Assembly (NCBI GenBank): GCA_965655095.1
Contig: OZ296650.1
Span: forward strand, 62,868,001 to 62,932,000
DNA length: 64,000 bases
Source of the DNA: Haplodiscus bocki
Taxonomy: Eukaryota
Direction of reading: 5' to 3'
This document shows positions 1 through 14,200 of this stretch, piece by piece. Below the pieces are notes generated by a model. The model had not been told where the DNA came from. It worked only from the letters and a program-made list of their open reading frames with translations, and did not search any database. A program made the translations under genes and the position numbers. Numbering within the stretch: the stretch's first letter is position 1; each line of letters starts with the position of its first letter.

Positions 1-71
1 AAAAGATTTACATTGGGTCACCTGGAACCTGTCTCTAAAAAAACTGTAATGGATGAAACAACTCATCACAA

Positions 72-500
72 TTGATTCAACTTCGGTTGAGAATGGACGT
101 ATGTTTTCTGGTTAGAGTTATTCACTTATGCTCGGGAGTGAAAATTCTTTCTATTTCAAAAAAATACGGCGAGGAAAAATTTGTTCTTGAGTGTTTGTCA
201 CTGTTAGGATCCAAAAAGCCGCCTGCGGCAGATGGATATTCTGTATGTTCACAGAGGACTTATTGGAAACGGGAACTCAAACACGACACCGTGTTTCGTT
301 TCTCTAAAGTATTGCGTCTACATGCAGTATTACACGATACCGCGGGTGCCGTTAGTGCAGAGAGAGGAAGGGGACCGGGTTACTACTCTGTGATTGGACG
401 TGGACCCAGTTTCTGTTTTTTGGGACACATCACGGGACTTTTCTATTGCTTGAACTTGAAGATATTTGTACCCTCTAATTTCAATCTGTTTGATTGTTGA
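72..500 (+). pseudogene. Small Maverick ORF with a His-Asp motif (LRLHAVLHDTAG), possibly PLA2X-like; repeated in every unit, frameshifted copy at ~26450-26815
   Basis: The C-terminal 101 aa are open in all nine array copies, and the ORF lies upstream of the ATPase in Maverick gene order. The PLA2 assignment rests only on the HD dyad and context. Confidence 0.45.
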
Positions 501-951
501 ATACAATGATCAGTACGTCAGGAAAAAATGAAAGGATCGTTATGTACGATACTTTTATATACGAGGCGATATTTCTAAAACCCATTCCAACAGACTGATT
601 TCTATCTTCACTAGGAATTTAAAAATGTTTCATCCATTCAACTTTTCCTAGAGGTTCCTAGACTATCATTTTTTCTCTTCCTGCATTGAGGGAGATGGCT
701 GATCAACCAGACACTATTAACTTAGATTAAAATGTATTCGACGAAAACAATTCAGACCGAAGATCTTGGAATTGTATTGGACATTCTTGTTCGAGATCAC
801 TGATAGTTCTTTTGTCACATTTTTTTTGCTTTACTGCTAATCATTCTGGGAAGCTTCTAAAGAATACACTGAGCTACGTCTTCTGACAAGAAAATGTTTG
901 GGTAGGAAGTTTATCCAGCGCAGCAGCACATATTATTCACACTCCTAGGCT

Positions 952-1097
952 ATGAACAAATTCATTTCCACGAAAAACCGTGCTTTCAATTCCTGAGTAG
1001 ATGCAGGAGAGTCAGGAAAATCACAACTCATCAACCAATGGTTAAAAAACGGTACTTTCCAGCCAAATTTTGGGGAAACTACATTCTTCTATAAACA
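952..1097 (+). pseudogene. N-terminal fragment of the Maverick packaging ATPase, truncated at the array junction (repeated in each unit)
   Basis: Translates MNKFISTKNRAFNS*VDAGESGKSQLINQWLKNGTFQPNFGETTFFYK with a degenerate Walker A (GESGKS). The continuation is visible at 22281-22398 and from ~27400. Confidence 0.85.
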
Positions 1098-1207
1098 GTT
1101 TTCAGAACATTTACCCCAAATGGTTATCCAATAAGAATGTGCCCAGTGTGAAGCGATGGCTGCCGCGTTTTTTCTACTGGTTCACGAAGGAAACTCATAT
1201 ATTATTC

Positions 1208-1510
1208 AATTCAACTTCCACCAAACATGGTTACATTTTCAACTAATCAGATTGTGACATATTAAGTCGATTCTTGATTCGATTCTAACATTCTAACAGA
1301 AATCTTAGTCGATGCACTTTCTACCAAACAGGGTTACATTTCCAACCAATAAGATTGTGATATGTTAGGTCGATTCATGATCCGATTCCGACATACTAAC
1401 ATAAATATTAGTCAATGCACTTTCCACCAAATAAGGTAACGTTTTCAACCGATCAGAATGTGACACATCGAGTCGATTCTTGATTCGAATACGACATACT
1501 AACATAAGGG
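1208..1510 (+). repeat. Three diverged 103-bp subrepeats inside each array unit (unit 1 shown)
   Basis: ccaaa(c/t) anchors at 1221, 1324 and 1427; shared core caac.aat.aga.tgtga.a...agtcgattc.tgat.cga.t..gacat.ctaaca.aa. Confidence 0.9.
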
Positions 1511-1696
1511 AATCGTATCCCTAAAAGGAACGCTGACCTACATTGTTCTTTCTAAATAAAGAAGGAAGAAAATGAATGGAGCAAGTTCGAAAAGCGTCAT
1601 TGGAATCATTATTGGATTTTACAAACTCCCTGAAAGCTGCTCATTCTCTCCAATTTTATCTATATCCAGTCGATTGGACAAAATTTCTCCTGGAAA

Positions 1697-2276
1697 ATGA
1701 ATGATAATATGATTGCTTCTCTAGATAAGTTGACTTGAACCGATCTTGTACTTTGGCAAAAATGAAGACCGTTTTGGCAGATTTTCCTGATCCCAAAAAC
1801 AAAAGAACGACACCCAATACCTCGAAATTCAACTGAAAGTGTTCAGAAAGGACGATAGATGGGAATTTTACAAACATCAACAAACAAACTTGGGAGAATC
1901 AGATTCCAAACAACTACAGCTCCGAAATCAAACTGTAGTTGCTGCTGCGGATTTCCCGAAGGATGAGAACCTGCAAACTATTGTGACGTCACCCCTCTCG
2001 AGAGATTCGGATGAACAACTCAAGCATGTTCAGAAGGCTATCACAATTGCGGATATATATAAGAAGAATATAAATGCAACGATGAAGTACTACAGTGGAA
2101 AACCAGATGACGCCCACGTGTAGATTCGACTGTTCAAGAACAAAAGTGAAACGGAGAAGTTTCAACAAGTTGTCATTATTATCTACAAGCCGGATGAATT
2201 TATATATTTGCTTGATGTTATTAAGAATGTCTCTGAGCGAGATTTATCTGATCCGAGTCTTTCTAACCTTTTGTAA
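1697..2276 (+). pseudogene. Decayed ~190-aa Maverick accessory gene (repeated in each unit and at ~25450-26030); function unknown
   Basis: Reading across stops and a frameshift gives MNDNMIASLDKLT*TDLV/FGKNEDRFGRFS*SQKQKNDTQYLEIQLKVFRKDD...KPDDAHV*IRLFKNKSETEKFQQVVI.IYKPDE.IYLLDVIK. The 94-aa track ORFs are pieces of this one gene. Confidence 0.65.
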
Positions 2277-5200
2277 TTCAAATGTATCATTGAATCATTT
2301 TTTTGACTAGTTAAAGTCAAAATGAGTTGCAACGTATGAAAGAATAGAATTCTTTGCTTTGGATTGAGAACAAAATTGGGAATTCATCATGTAATGTTGT
2401 CATCCCAAAGCAATGTCCTGAAAAAATTATTCTGACAGTTGGTGATATGCAACAGCTACCAGAAGTTGATCGCTAAAAAGATTTACCATGTCTAGAATGG
2501 TTGATTTACAACTGAAGACGGACAAATGGCATTACTTCCAAAACCGGCATGGATACAGTCGAAATCACTATGTAACGATACCGAAACATTATTTATCACA
2601 AAGATTCAGACATTAAGCTGAGCGTATTGGAGTACGATCACATTCTAGAGAAAAAGATTTACATTGGGTCACCTGGAACCTGTCTCTAAAAAAACTGTAA
2701 TGGATGAAACAACTCATCACAATTGATTCAACTTCGTGGACGTATGTTTTCTGGTTAGAGTTATTCACTTATGCTCGGGAGTGAAAATTCTTTCTATTTC
2801 AAAAAAATACGGCGAGGAAAAATTTGTTCTTGAGTGTTTGTCACTGTTAGGATCCAAAAAGCCGCCTGCGGCAGATGGATATTCTGTATGTTCACAGAGG
2901 ACTTATTGGAAACGGGAACTCAAACACGACACCGTGTTTCGTTTCTCTAAAGTATTGCGTCTACATGCAGTATTACACGATACCGCGGGTGCCGTTAGTG
3001 CAGAGAGAGGAAGGGGACCGGGTTACTACTCTGTGATTGGACGTGGACCCAGTTTCTGTTTTTTGGGACACATCACGGGACTTTTCTATTGCTTGAACTT
3101 GAAGATATTTGTACCCTCTAATTTCAATCTGTTTGATTGTTGAATACAATGATCAGTACGTCAGGAAAAAATGAAAGGATCGTTATGTACGATACTTTTA
3201 TATACGAGGCGATATTTCTAAAACCCATTCCAACAGACTGATTTCTATCTTCACTAGGAATTTAAAAATGTTTCATCCATTCAACTTTTCCTAGAGGTTC
3301 CTAGACTATCATTTTTTCTCTTCCTGCATTGAGGGAGATGGCTGATCAACCAGACACTATTAACTTAGATTAAAATGTATTCGACGAAAACAATTCAGAC
3401 CGAAGATCTTGGAATTGTATTGGACATTCTTGTTCGAGATCACTGATAGTTCTTTTGTCACATTTTTTTTGCTTTACTGCTAATCATTCTGGGAAGCTTC
3501 TAAAGAATACACTGAGCTACGTCTTCTGACAAGAAAATGTTTGGGTAGGAAGTTTATCCAGCGCAGCAGCACATATTATTCACACTCCTAGGCTATGAAC
3601 AAATTCATTTCCACGAAAAACCGTGCTTTCAATTCCTGAGTAGATGCAGGAGAGTCAGGAAAATCACAACTCATCAACCAATGGTTAAAAAACGGTACTT
3701 TCCAGCCAAATTTTGGGGAAACTACATTCTTCTATAAACAGTTTTCAGAACATTTACCCCAAATGGTTATCCAATAAGAATGTGCCCAGTGTGAAGCGAT
3801 GGCTGCCGCGTTTTTTCTACTGGTTCACGAAGGAAACTCATATATTATTCAATTCAACTTCCACCAAACATGGTTACATTTTCAACTAATCAGATTGTGA
3901 CATATTAAGTCGATTCTTGATTCGATTCTAACATTCTAACAGAAATCTTAGTCGATGCACTTTCTACCAAACAGGGTTACATTTCCAACCAATAAGATTG
4001 TGATATGTTAGGTCGATTCATGATCCGATTCCGACATACTAACATAAATATTAGTCAATGCACTTTCCACCAAATAAGGTAACGTTTTCAACCGATCAGA
4101 ATGTGACACATCGAGTCGATTCTTGATTCGAATACGACATACTAACATAAGGGAATCGTATCCCTAAAAGGAACGCTGACCTACATTGTTCTTTCTAAAT
4201 AAAGAAGGAAGAAAATGAATGGAGCAAGTTCGAAAAGCGTCATTGGAATCATTATTGGATTTTACAAACTCCCTGAAAGCTGCTCATTCTTTCCAATTTT
4301 ATCTATATCCAGTCGATTGGACAAAATTTCTCCTGGAAAATGAATGATAATATGATTGCTTCTCTAGATAAGTTGACTTGAACCGATCTTGTACTTTGGC
4401 AAAAATGAAGACCGTTTTGGCAGATTTTCCTGATCCCAAAAACAAAAGAACGACACCCAATACCTCGAAATTCAACTGAAAGTGTTCAGAAAGGACGATA
4501 GATGGGAATTTTACAAACATCAACAAACAAACTTGGGAGAATCAGATTCCAAACAACTACAGCTCCGAAATCAAACTGTAGTTGCTGCTGCGGATTTCCC
4601 GAAGGATGAGAACCTGCAAACTATTGTGACGTCACCCCTCTCGAGAGATTCGGATGAACAACTCAAGCATGTTCAGAAGGCTATCACAATTGTGGATATA
4701 TATATAAGAAGAATATAAATGCAACGATGAAGTACTACAGTGGAAAACCAGATGACGCCCACGTGTAGATTCGACTGTTCAAGAACAAAAGTGAAACGGA
4801 GAAGTTTCAACAAGTTGTTATTATTATCTACAAGCCGGATGAATTTATATATTTGCTTGATGTTATTAAGAATGTCTCTGAGCGAGATTTATCTGATCCG
4901 AGTCTTTCTAACCTTTTGTAATTCAAATGTATCATTGAATCATTTTTTTGACTAGTTAAAGTCAAAATGAGTTGCAACGTAAGAAAGAATAGAATTCTTT
5001 GCTTTGGATTGAGAACAAAATTGGGAATTCATCATGTAATGTTGTCATCCCAAAGCAATGTCCTGAAAAAATTATTCTGACAGTTGGTGATATGCAACAG
5101 CTACCAGAAGTTGATCGCTAAAAAGATTTACCATGTCTATAATGGTTGATTTACATTTGAAGACGGAAAAATGGCATTACTTCCAAAACCGGCATTGATA

Positions 5201-8200
5201 CAGTCGAAATCACTATGTAACGATACCGAAACATTATTTATCACAAAGATTCAGACATTAAGCTGAGCGTATTGGAGTACGACCACATTTTAGAGAAAAA
5301 GATTTACATTGGGTCACCTGGAACCTGTCTCTAAAAAAACTGTAATGGATGAAACAACTCATCACAATTGATTCAACTTCGGTTGAGAATGGACGTATGT
5401 TTTCTGGTTAGAGTTATTCACTTATGCTCGGGAGTGAAAAATTCTTTCTATTTCAAAAAAAAACGGCGAGGAAAAATTTGTTCTTGATTGATTGTCGCTG
5501 TTAGGATCCAAAAAGCCGCCTGCGGCAGATGGATATTCTGTATGTTCACAGAGGACTTATTGGAAACGGGAACTCAAACGCGACACCGTGTTTCGTTTCT
5601 CTAAAGTATTGCGTCTACATGCAGTATTACACGATACCGCGGGTGCCGTTAGTGCAGAGAGAGGAAGGGGACCGGGTTACTACTCTGTGATTGGACGTGG
5701 ACCCAGTTTCTGTTTTTTGGGACACATCACGGGACTTTTCTATTGCTTGAACTTGAAGATATTTGTACCCTCTAATTTTAATCTGTTTGATTGTTGAATA
5801 CAATGATCAGTACGTCAGGAAAAAATGAAAGGATCGTTATGTACGATACTTTTATATACGAGGCGATATTTCTCAAACCCATTCCAACAGACTGATTTCT
5901 ATCTTCACTAGGAATTTAAAAATGTTTCATCAATTCGACTTTTCCTAGAGGTTCCTAGACTATCATTTTTTCTCTTCCTGCATCGAGGGAGATGGCTGAT
6001 CAACCAGACACTATTAACTTAGATTAAAATGTATTCGACGAAAACAATTGAGACCGAAGATCTTGGAATTGTATTGGACATTCTTGTTCGAGATCACTGA
6101 TAGTTCTTTTGTCACATTTTTTTGCTTTACTGCTAATCATTCTGGGAAGCTTCTAAAGAATACACTGAGCTACGTCTTGCGACAAGAAAATGTTTGGGTA
6201 GGAAGTTTATCCAGCGCAGCAGCACATATTATTCACACTCCTAGGCTATGAACAAATTCATTTCCACGAAAAACCGTGCTTTCAATTCCTGAGTAGATGC
6301 AGGAGAGTCAGGAAAATCACAACTTATCAACCAATGGTTAAAAAACGGTACTTTCCAACCAAATTTTGGGGAAACTACATTCTTCTATAAACAGTTTTCA
6401 GAACATTTACCCCAAATGGTTATCCAATAAGAATGTGCCCAGTGTGAAGCGATGGCTGCCGCGTTTTTTCTACTGTTCACGAAGGAAACTCATATATTAT
6501 TCAATTCAACTTCCACCAAACATGGTTACATTTTCAACTAATCAGATTGTGACATATTAAGTCGATTCTTGATTCGATTCTAACATTCTAACAGAAATCT
6601 TAGTCGATGCACTTTCTACCAAACAGGGTTACATTTCCAACCAATAAGATTGTGATATGTTAGGTCGATTCATGATTCGATTCCGACATACTAACATAAA
6701 TATTAGTCAATGCACTTTCCACCAAATAAGGTAACGTTTTCAACCGATCAGAATGTGACACATCGAGTCGATTCTTGATTCGAATACGACATACTAACAT
6801 AAGGGAATCGTATCCCTAAAAGGAACGCTGACCTACATTGTTCTTTCTAAATAAGGAAGGAAGAAAATGAATGGAGCAAGTTCGAAAAGCGTCATTGGAA
6901 TCATTATTGGATTTTACAAACTCCCTGAAAGCTGCTCATTCTTTCCAATTTTATCTATATCCAGTCGATTGGACAAAATTTCTCCTGGAAAATGAATGAT
7001 AATATGATTGGTTCTCTAGATAAGTTGACTTGAACCGATCTTGTACTTTGGAAAAAATGAAGACCGTTTCGGCAGATTTTCCTGATCCCAAAAACAAAAG
7101 AACGACACCCAATACCTCGAAATTCAACTGAAAGTGTTCAGAAAGGACGATAGATGGGAATTTTACAAACATCAACAAACAAACTTGGGAGAATCAGATT
7201 CCAAACAACTACAGCTCCGAAATCAAACTGTAGTCGCTGCTGCGGATTTCCCGCAGGATGAGAACCTGCAAACTATTGTGACGTCACCCCTCTCGAGAGA
7301 TTCGGATGAACAACTCAAGCATGTTCAGAAGGCTATCACAATTGCGGATATATATAAGAAGAATATAAATGCAACGATGAAGTACTACAGTGGAAAACCA
7401 GATGACGCCCACGTGTAGATTCGACTGTTCAAGAACAAAAGTGAAACGGAGAAGTTTCAACAAGTTGTTATTGTTATCTACAAGCCGGATGAATTGATAT
7501 ATTTGCTTGATGTTATTAAGAATGTCTCTCAGCGAGATTTATCTAATCCGAGTCTTTGTAACCTTTTGTAATTCAAATGTATCATTGAATCATTTTTTTG
7601 ACTAGTTAAAGTCAAAATGAGTTGCAACGTCAGAAAGAATAGAATTCTTTGCTTTGGATTGAGAACAAAATTGGGAATTCATCATGTAATGTTGTCATCC
7701 CAAAGCAATGTCCTGAAAAAATTATTCTGACAGTTGGTGATATGCAACAGCTACCAGAAGTTGATCGCTAAAAAGATTTACCATGTCTATAATGGTTGAT
7801 TTACAACTGAGGACGGAAAAATGGCATTACTTCCAAAACCGGCATTGATACAGTCGAAATCACTATGTAACGATACCGAAACATTATTTATCACAAAGAT
7901 TCAGACATTAAGCTGAGAGTATTGGAGTACGACCACATTTTAGAGAAAAAGATTTACATTGGGTCACCTGGAACCTGTCTCTAAAAAAACTGTAATGGAT
8001 GAAACAACTCATCACAATTGATTCAACTTCGGTTGAGAATGGACGTATGTTTTCTGGTTAGAGTTATTCACTTATGCTCGGGAGTGAAAAATTCTTTCTA
8101 TTTCAAAAAAATACGGCGAGGAAAAATTTGTTCTTGAGTGTTTGTCACTGTTAGGATCCAAAAAGCCGCCTGCGGCAGATGGATATTCTGTATGTTCACA

Positions 8201-11200
8201 GAGGACTTATTGGAAACGGGAACTCAAACACGACACCGTGTTTCGTTTCTCTAAAGTATTGCGTCTACATGCAGTATTACACGATACCGCGGGTGCCGTT
8301 AGTGCAGAGAGAGGAAGGGGACCGGGTTACTACTCTGTGATTGGACGTGGACCCAGTTTCTGTTTTTTGGGACACATCACGGGACTTTTCTATTGCTTGA
8401 ACTTGAAGATACTTGTACCCTCTAATTTCAATCTGTTTGATTGTTGAATACAATGATCAGTACGTCAGGAAAAATTGAAAGGATCGTTATGTACGATACT
8501 TTTATATACGAGGCGATATTTCTAAAACCCATTCCAACAGACTGATTTCTATCTTCACTAGGAATTTAAAAATGTTTCATCCATTCAACTTTTCCTAGAG
8601 GTTCCTAGACTATCATTTTTTCTCTTCCTGCATTGAGGGAGATGGCTGATCAACCAGACACTATTAACTTAGATTAAAATGTATTCGACGAAAACAATTC
8701 AGACCGAAGATCTTGGAATTGTATTGGACATTCTTGTTCGAGATCACTGATAGTTCTTTTGTCACATTTTTTTTGCTTTACTGCTAATCATTCTGGGAAG
8801 CTTCTAAAGAATACACTTAGCTACGTCTTGCGACAAGAAAATGTTTGGGTAGGAAGTTTATCCAGCGCAGCAGCACATATTATTCACACTCCTAGGCTAT
8901 GAACAAATTCATTTCCACGAAAAACCGTGCTTTCAATTCCTGAGTAGATGCAGGAGAGTCAGGAAAATCACAACTTATCAACCAATGGTTAAAAAACGGT
9001 ACTTTCCAACCAAATTTTGGGGAAACTACATTCTTCTATAAACAGTTTTCAGAACATTTACCCCAAAGGGTTATCCAATAAGAATGTGCCCAGTGTGAAG
9101 CGATGGCTGCCGCGTTTTTTCTACTGGTTCACGAAGGAAACTCATATATTATTCAATTCAACTTCCACCAAACATGGTTACATTTTCAACTAATCAGATT
9201 GTGACATATTAAGTCGATTCTTGATTCGATTCTAACATTCTGACAGAAATCTTAGTCGATGCACTTTCTACCAAACAGGGTTACATTTCCAACCAATAAG
9301 ATTGTGATATGTTAGGTCGATTCATGATTCGATTCCGACATACTAACATAAATATTAGTCAATGCACTTTCCACCAAATAAGGTAACGTTTTCAACCGAT
9401 CAGAATGTGACACATCGAGTCGATTCTTGATTCGAATACGACATACTAACATAAGGGAATCGTATCCCTAAAAGGAACGCTGACCTACATTGTTCTTTCT
9501 AAATAAGGAAGGAAGAAAATGAATGGAGCAAGTTCGAAAAGCGTCATTGGAATCATTATTGGATTTTACAAACTCCCTGAAAGCTGCTCATTCTTTCCAA
9601 TTTTATCTATATCCAGTCGATTGGACAAAATTTCTCCTGGAAAATGAATGATAATATGATTGCTTCTCTAGATAAGTTGACTTGAACCGATCTTGTACTT
9701 TGGCAAAAATGAAGACCGTTTTGGCAGATTTTCCTGATCCCAAAAACAAAAGAACGACACCCAATACCTCGAAATTCAACTGAAAGTGTTCAGAAAGGAC
9801 GATAGATGGGAATTTTACAAACATCAACAAACAAACTTGGGAGAATCAGATTCCAAACAACTACAGCTCCGAAATCAAACTGTAGTTGCTGCTGCGGATT
9901 TCCCGAAGGATGAGAATCTGCAAACTATTGTGACGTCACCCCTCTCGAGAGATTCGGATGAACAACTCAAGCATGTTCAGAAGGCTATCACAATTGCGGA
10001 TATATATAAGAAGAATATAAATGCAACGATGAAGTACTACAGTGGAAAACCAGATGACGCCCACGTGTAGATTCGACTGTTCAAGAACAAAAGTGAAACG
10101 GAGAAGTTTCAACAAGTTGTTATTGTTATCTACAAGCCGGATGAATTGATATATTTGCTTGATGTTATTAAGAATGTCTCTCAGCGAGATTTATCTAATC
10201 CGAGTCTTTGTAACCTTTTGTAATTCAAATGTATCATTGAATCATTTTTTTGACTAGTTAAAGTCAAAATGAGTTGCAACGTAAGAAAGAATAGAATTCT
10301 TTGCTTTGGATTGAGAACAAAATTGGGAATTCATCATGTATAGTTGTCATCCCAAAGCAATGTCCTGAAAAAATTATTCTGACAGTTGGTGATATGCAAC
10401 AGCTACCAGAAGTTGATCGCTAAAAAGATTTACCATGTCTATAATGGTTGATTTACAACTGAAGACGGAAAAATGGCATTACTTCCAAAACCGGCATTGA
10501 TACAGTCGAAATCACTATGTAACGATACCGAAACATTATTTATCACAAAGATTCAGACATTAAGCTGAGCGTATTGGAGTACGACCACATTTTAGAGAAA
10601 AAGATTTACATTGGGTCACCTGGAACCTGTCTCTAAAAAAACTGTAATGGATGAAACAACTCATCACAATTGATTCAACTTCGGTTGAGAATGGACGTAT
10701 GTTTTCTGGTTAGAGTTATTCACTTATGCTCGGGAGTGAAAAATTCTTTCTATTTCAAAAAAATACGGCGAGGAAAAATTTGTTCTTGAGTGATTGTCAC
10801 TGTTAGGATCCAAAAAGACGCCTGCGGCAGATGGATATTCTGTATGTTCACAGAGGACTTATTGGAAACGGGAACTCAAACACGACACCGTGTTTCGTTT
10901 CTCTAAAGTATTGCGTCTACATGCAGTATTACACGATACCGCGGGTGCCGTTAGTGCAGAGAGAGGAAGGGGACCGGGTTACTACTCTGTGATTGGACGT
11001 GGACCCAGTTTCTGTTTTTTGGGACACATCACGGGACTTTTCTATTGCTTGAACTTGAAGATATTTGTACCCTCTAATTTCAATCTGTTTGATTGTTGAA
11101 TACAATGATCAGTACGTCAGGAAAAAATGAAAGGATCGTTATGTACGATACTTTTATATACGAGGCGATATTTCTAAAACCCATTCCAACAGACTGATTT

Positions 11201-14200
11201 CTATCTTCACTAGGAATTTAAAAATGTTTCATCAATTCGACTTTTCCTAGAGGTTCCTAGACTATCATTTTTTCTCTTCCTGCATTGAGGGAGATGGCTG
11301 ATCAACCAGACAGTATTAACTTAGATTAAAATGTATTCGACGAAAACAATTGAGACCGAAGATCTTGGAATTGTATTGGACATTCTTGTTCGAGATCACT
11401 GAAAGTTCTTTTGTCACATTTTTTTGCTTTACTGCTAATCATTCTGGGAAGCTTCTAAAGAATACACTTAGCTACGTCTTGCGACAAGAAAATGTTTGGG
11501 TAGGAAGTTTATCCAGCGCAGCAGCACATATTATTCACACTCCTAGGCTATGAACAAATTCATTTCCACGAAAAACCGTGCTTTCAATTCCTGAGTAGAT
11601 GCAGGAGAGTCAGGAAAATCACAACTTATCAACCAATGGTTAAAAAACGGTACTTTCCAACCAGATTTTGGGGAAACTACATTCTTCTATAAAGTTTTCA
11701 GAACATTTACCCCAAATGGTTATCCAATAAGAATGTGCGCAGTGTGAAGCGATGGCTGCCGCGTTTTTTCTACGGGTGGACGAAGGAAACTCATATATTA
11801 TTCAATTCAACTTCCACCGAACATGGTTACATTTTCAACTAATCAGATTGTGACATATTAAGTCGATTCTTGATTCGATTCTAACATTCTAACAGAAATC
11901 TTGGTCGATGCACTTTCTACCAAACAGGGTTACATTTCCAACCAATAAGATTGTGATATGTTAGGTCGATTCATGATTCGATTCCGACATACTAACATAA
12001 ATATTAGTCAATGCACTTTCCACCAAATAAGGTAACGTTTTCAACCGATCAGAATGTGACACATCGAGTCGATTCTTGATTCGAATACGACATACTAACA
12101 TAAGGGAATCGTATCCCTGAAAGGAACGCTGACACACATTGTTCTTTCTAAATAAGGAAGGAAGAAAATGAATGGAGCAAGTTCGAAAAGCGTCATTGGA
12201 ATCATTATTGGATTTTACAAACTCCCTGAAAGCTGCTCATTCAAATTTTATCTATATCCAGTCGATTGGACAAAATTTCTCCTGGAAACTGAATGATAAT
12301 ATGATTGCTTCTCTAGATAAGTTGACTTGAACCGATCTTGTACTTTGGAAAAAATGAAGACCGTTTTGGCAGATTTTCCTGATCCCAAAAACAAAAGAAC
12401 GACACCCAATACCTCGAAATTCAACTGAAAGTGTTCAGAAAGGACGATAGATGGGAATTTTACAAACATCAACAAACAAACTTGGGAGAATCAGATTCCA
12501 AACAACTACAGCTCCGAAATCAAACTGTAGTTGCTGCTGCGGATTTCCCGAAGGATGAGAATCTGCAAACTATTGTGACGTCACCCCTCTCGAGAGATTC
12601 GGATGAACAACTCAAGCATGTTCAGAAGGCTATCACAATTGTGGACATATATAAGAAGAATATAAATGCAACGATGAAGTACTACAGTGGAAAACCAGAT
12701 GACGCCCACGTGTAGATTCGACTGTTCAAGAACAAAAGTGAAACGGAGAAGTTTCAACAAGTTGTTATTATTATCTACAAGCCGGATGAATTGATATATT
12801 TGCTTGATGTTATTAAGAATGTCTCTCAGCGAGATTTATCTAATCCGAGTCTTTGTAACCTTTTGTAATTCAAATGTATCATTGAATCATTTTTTTGACT
12901 AGTTAAAGTCAAAATGAGTTGCAACGTAAGAAAGAATAGAATTCTTTGCTTTGGATTGAGAACAAAATTGGGAATTCACCATGTAATGTTGTCATCCCAA
13001 AGCAATGTCCTGAAAAAATTATTCTGACAGTTGGTGATATGCAACAGCTACCAGAAGTTGATCGCTAAAAAGATTTACCATGTCTATAATGGTTGATTTA
13101 CAACTGAAGACGGAAAAATGGCATTACTTCCAAAACCGGCATTGATACAGTCGAAATCACTATGTAACGATACCGAAACATTATTTATCACAAAGATTCA
13201 GACATTAAGCTGAGCGTATTGGAGTACGACCACATTTTAGAGAAAAAGATTTACATTGGGTCACCTGGAATCTGTCTCTAAAAAAACTGTAATGGATGAA
13301 ACAACTCATCACAATTGATTCAACTTCGGTTGAGAATGGACGTATGTTTTCTGGTTAGAGTTATTCACTTATGCTCGGGAGTGAAAAATTCTTTCTATTT
13401 CAAAAAAATACGGCGAGGAAAAATTTGTTCTTGAGTGTTTGTCACTGTTAGGATCCAAAAAGCCGCCTGCGGCAGATGGATATTCTGTATGTTCACAGAG
13501 GACTTATTGGAAACGGGAACTCAAACACGACACCGTGTTTCGTTTCTCTAAAGTATTGCGTCTACATGCAGTATTACACGATACCGCGGGTGCCGTTAGT
13601 GCAGAGAGAGGAAGGGGACCGGGTTACTACTCTGTGATTGGACGTGGACCCAGTTTCTGTTTTTTGGGACACATCACGGGACTTTTCTATTGCTTGAACT
13701 TGAAGATACTTGTACCCTCTAATTTCAATCTGTTTGATTGTTGAATACAATGATCAGTACGTCAGGAAAAATTGAAAGGATCGTTATGTACGATACTTTT
13801 ATATACGAGGCGATATTTCTAAAACCCATTCCAACAGACTGATTTCTATCTTCACTAGGAATTTAAAAATGTTTCATCCATTCAACTTTTCCTAGAGGTT
13901 CCTAGACTATCATTTTTTCTCTTCCTGCATTGAGGGAGATGGCTGATCAACCAGACACTATTAACTTAGATTAAAATGTATTCGACGAAAACAATTCAGA
14001 CCGAAGATCTTGGAATTGTATTGGACATTCTTGTTCGAGATCACTGATAGTTCTTTTGTCACATTTTTTTTGCTTTACTGCTAATCATTCTGGGAAGCTT
14101 CTAAAGAATACACTTAGCTACGTCTTGCGACAAGAAAATGTTTGGGTAGGAAGTTTATCCAGCGCAGCAGCACATATTATTCACACTCCTAGGCTATGAA

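Noticed and set aside
1208-1510. Short repeats as a CRISPR-like array
   Set aside because: They are contiguous diverged 103-bp tandem repeats with no unique spacers and no cas genes, and the context is eukaryotic.
1656-1883. 75-aa minus-strand ORF repeated in every unit
   Set aside because: It is the antisense shadow of the plus-strand Maverick pseudogene; recurrence only reflects the tandem array.
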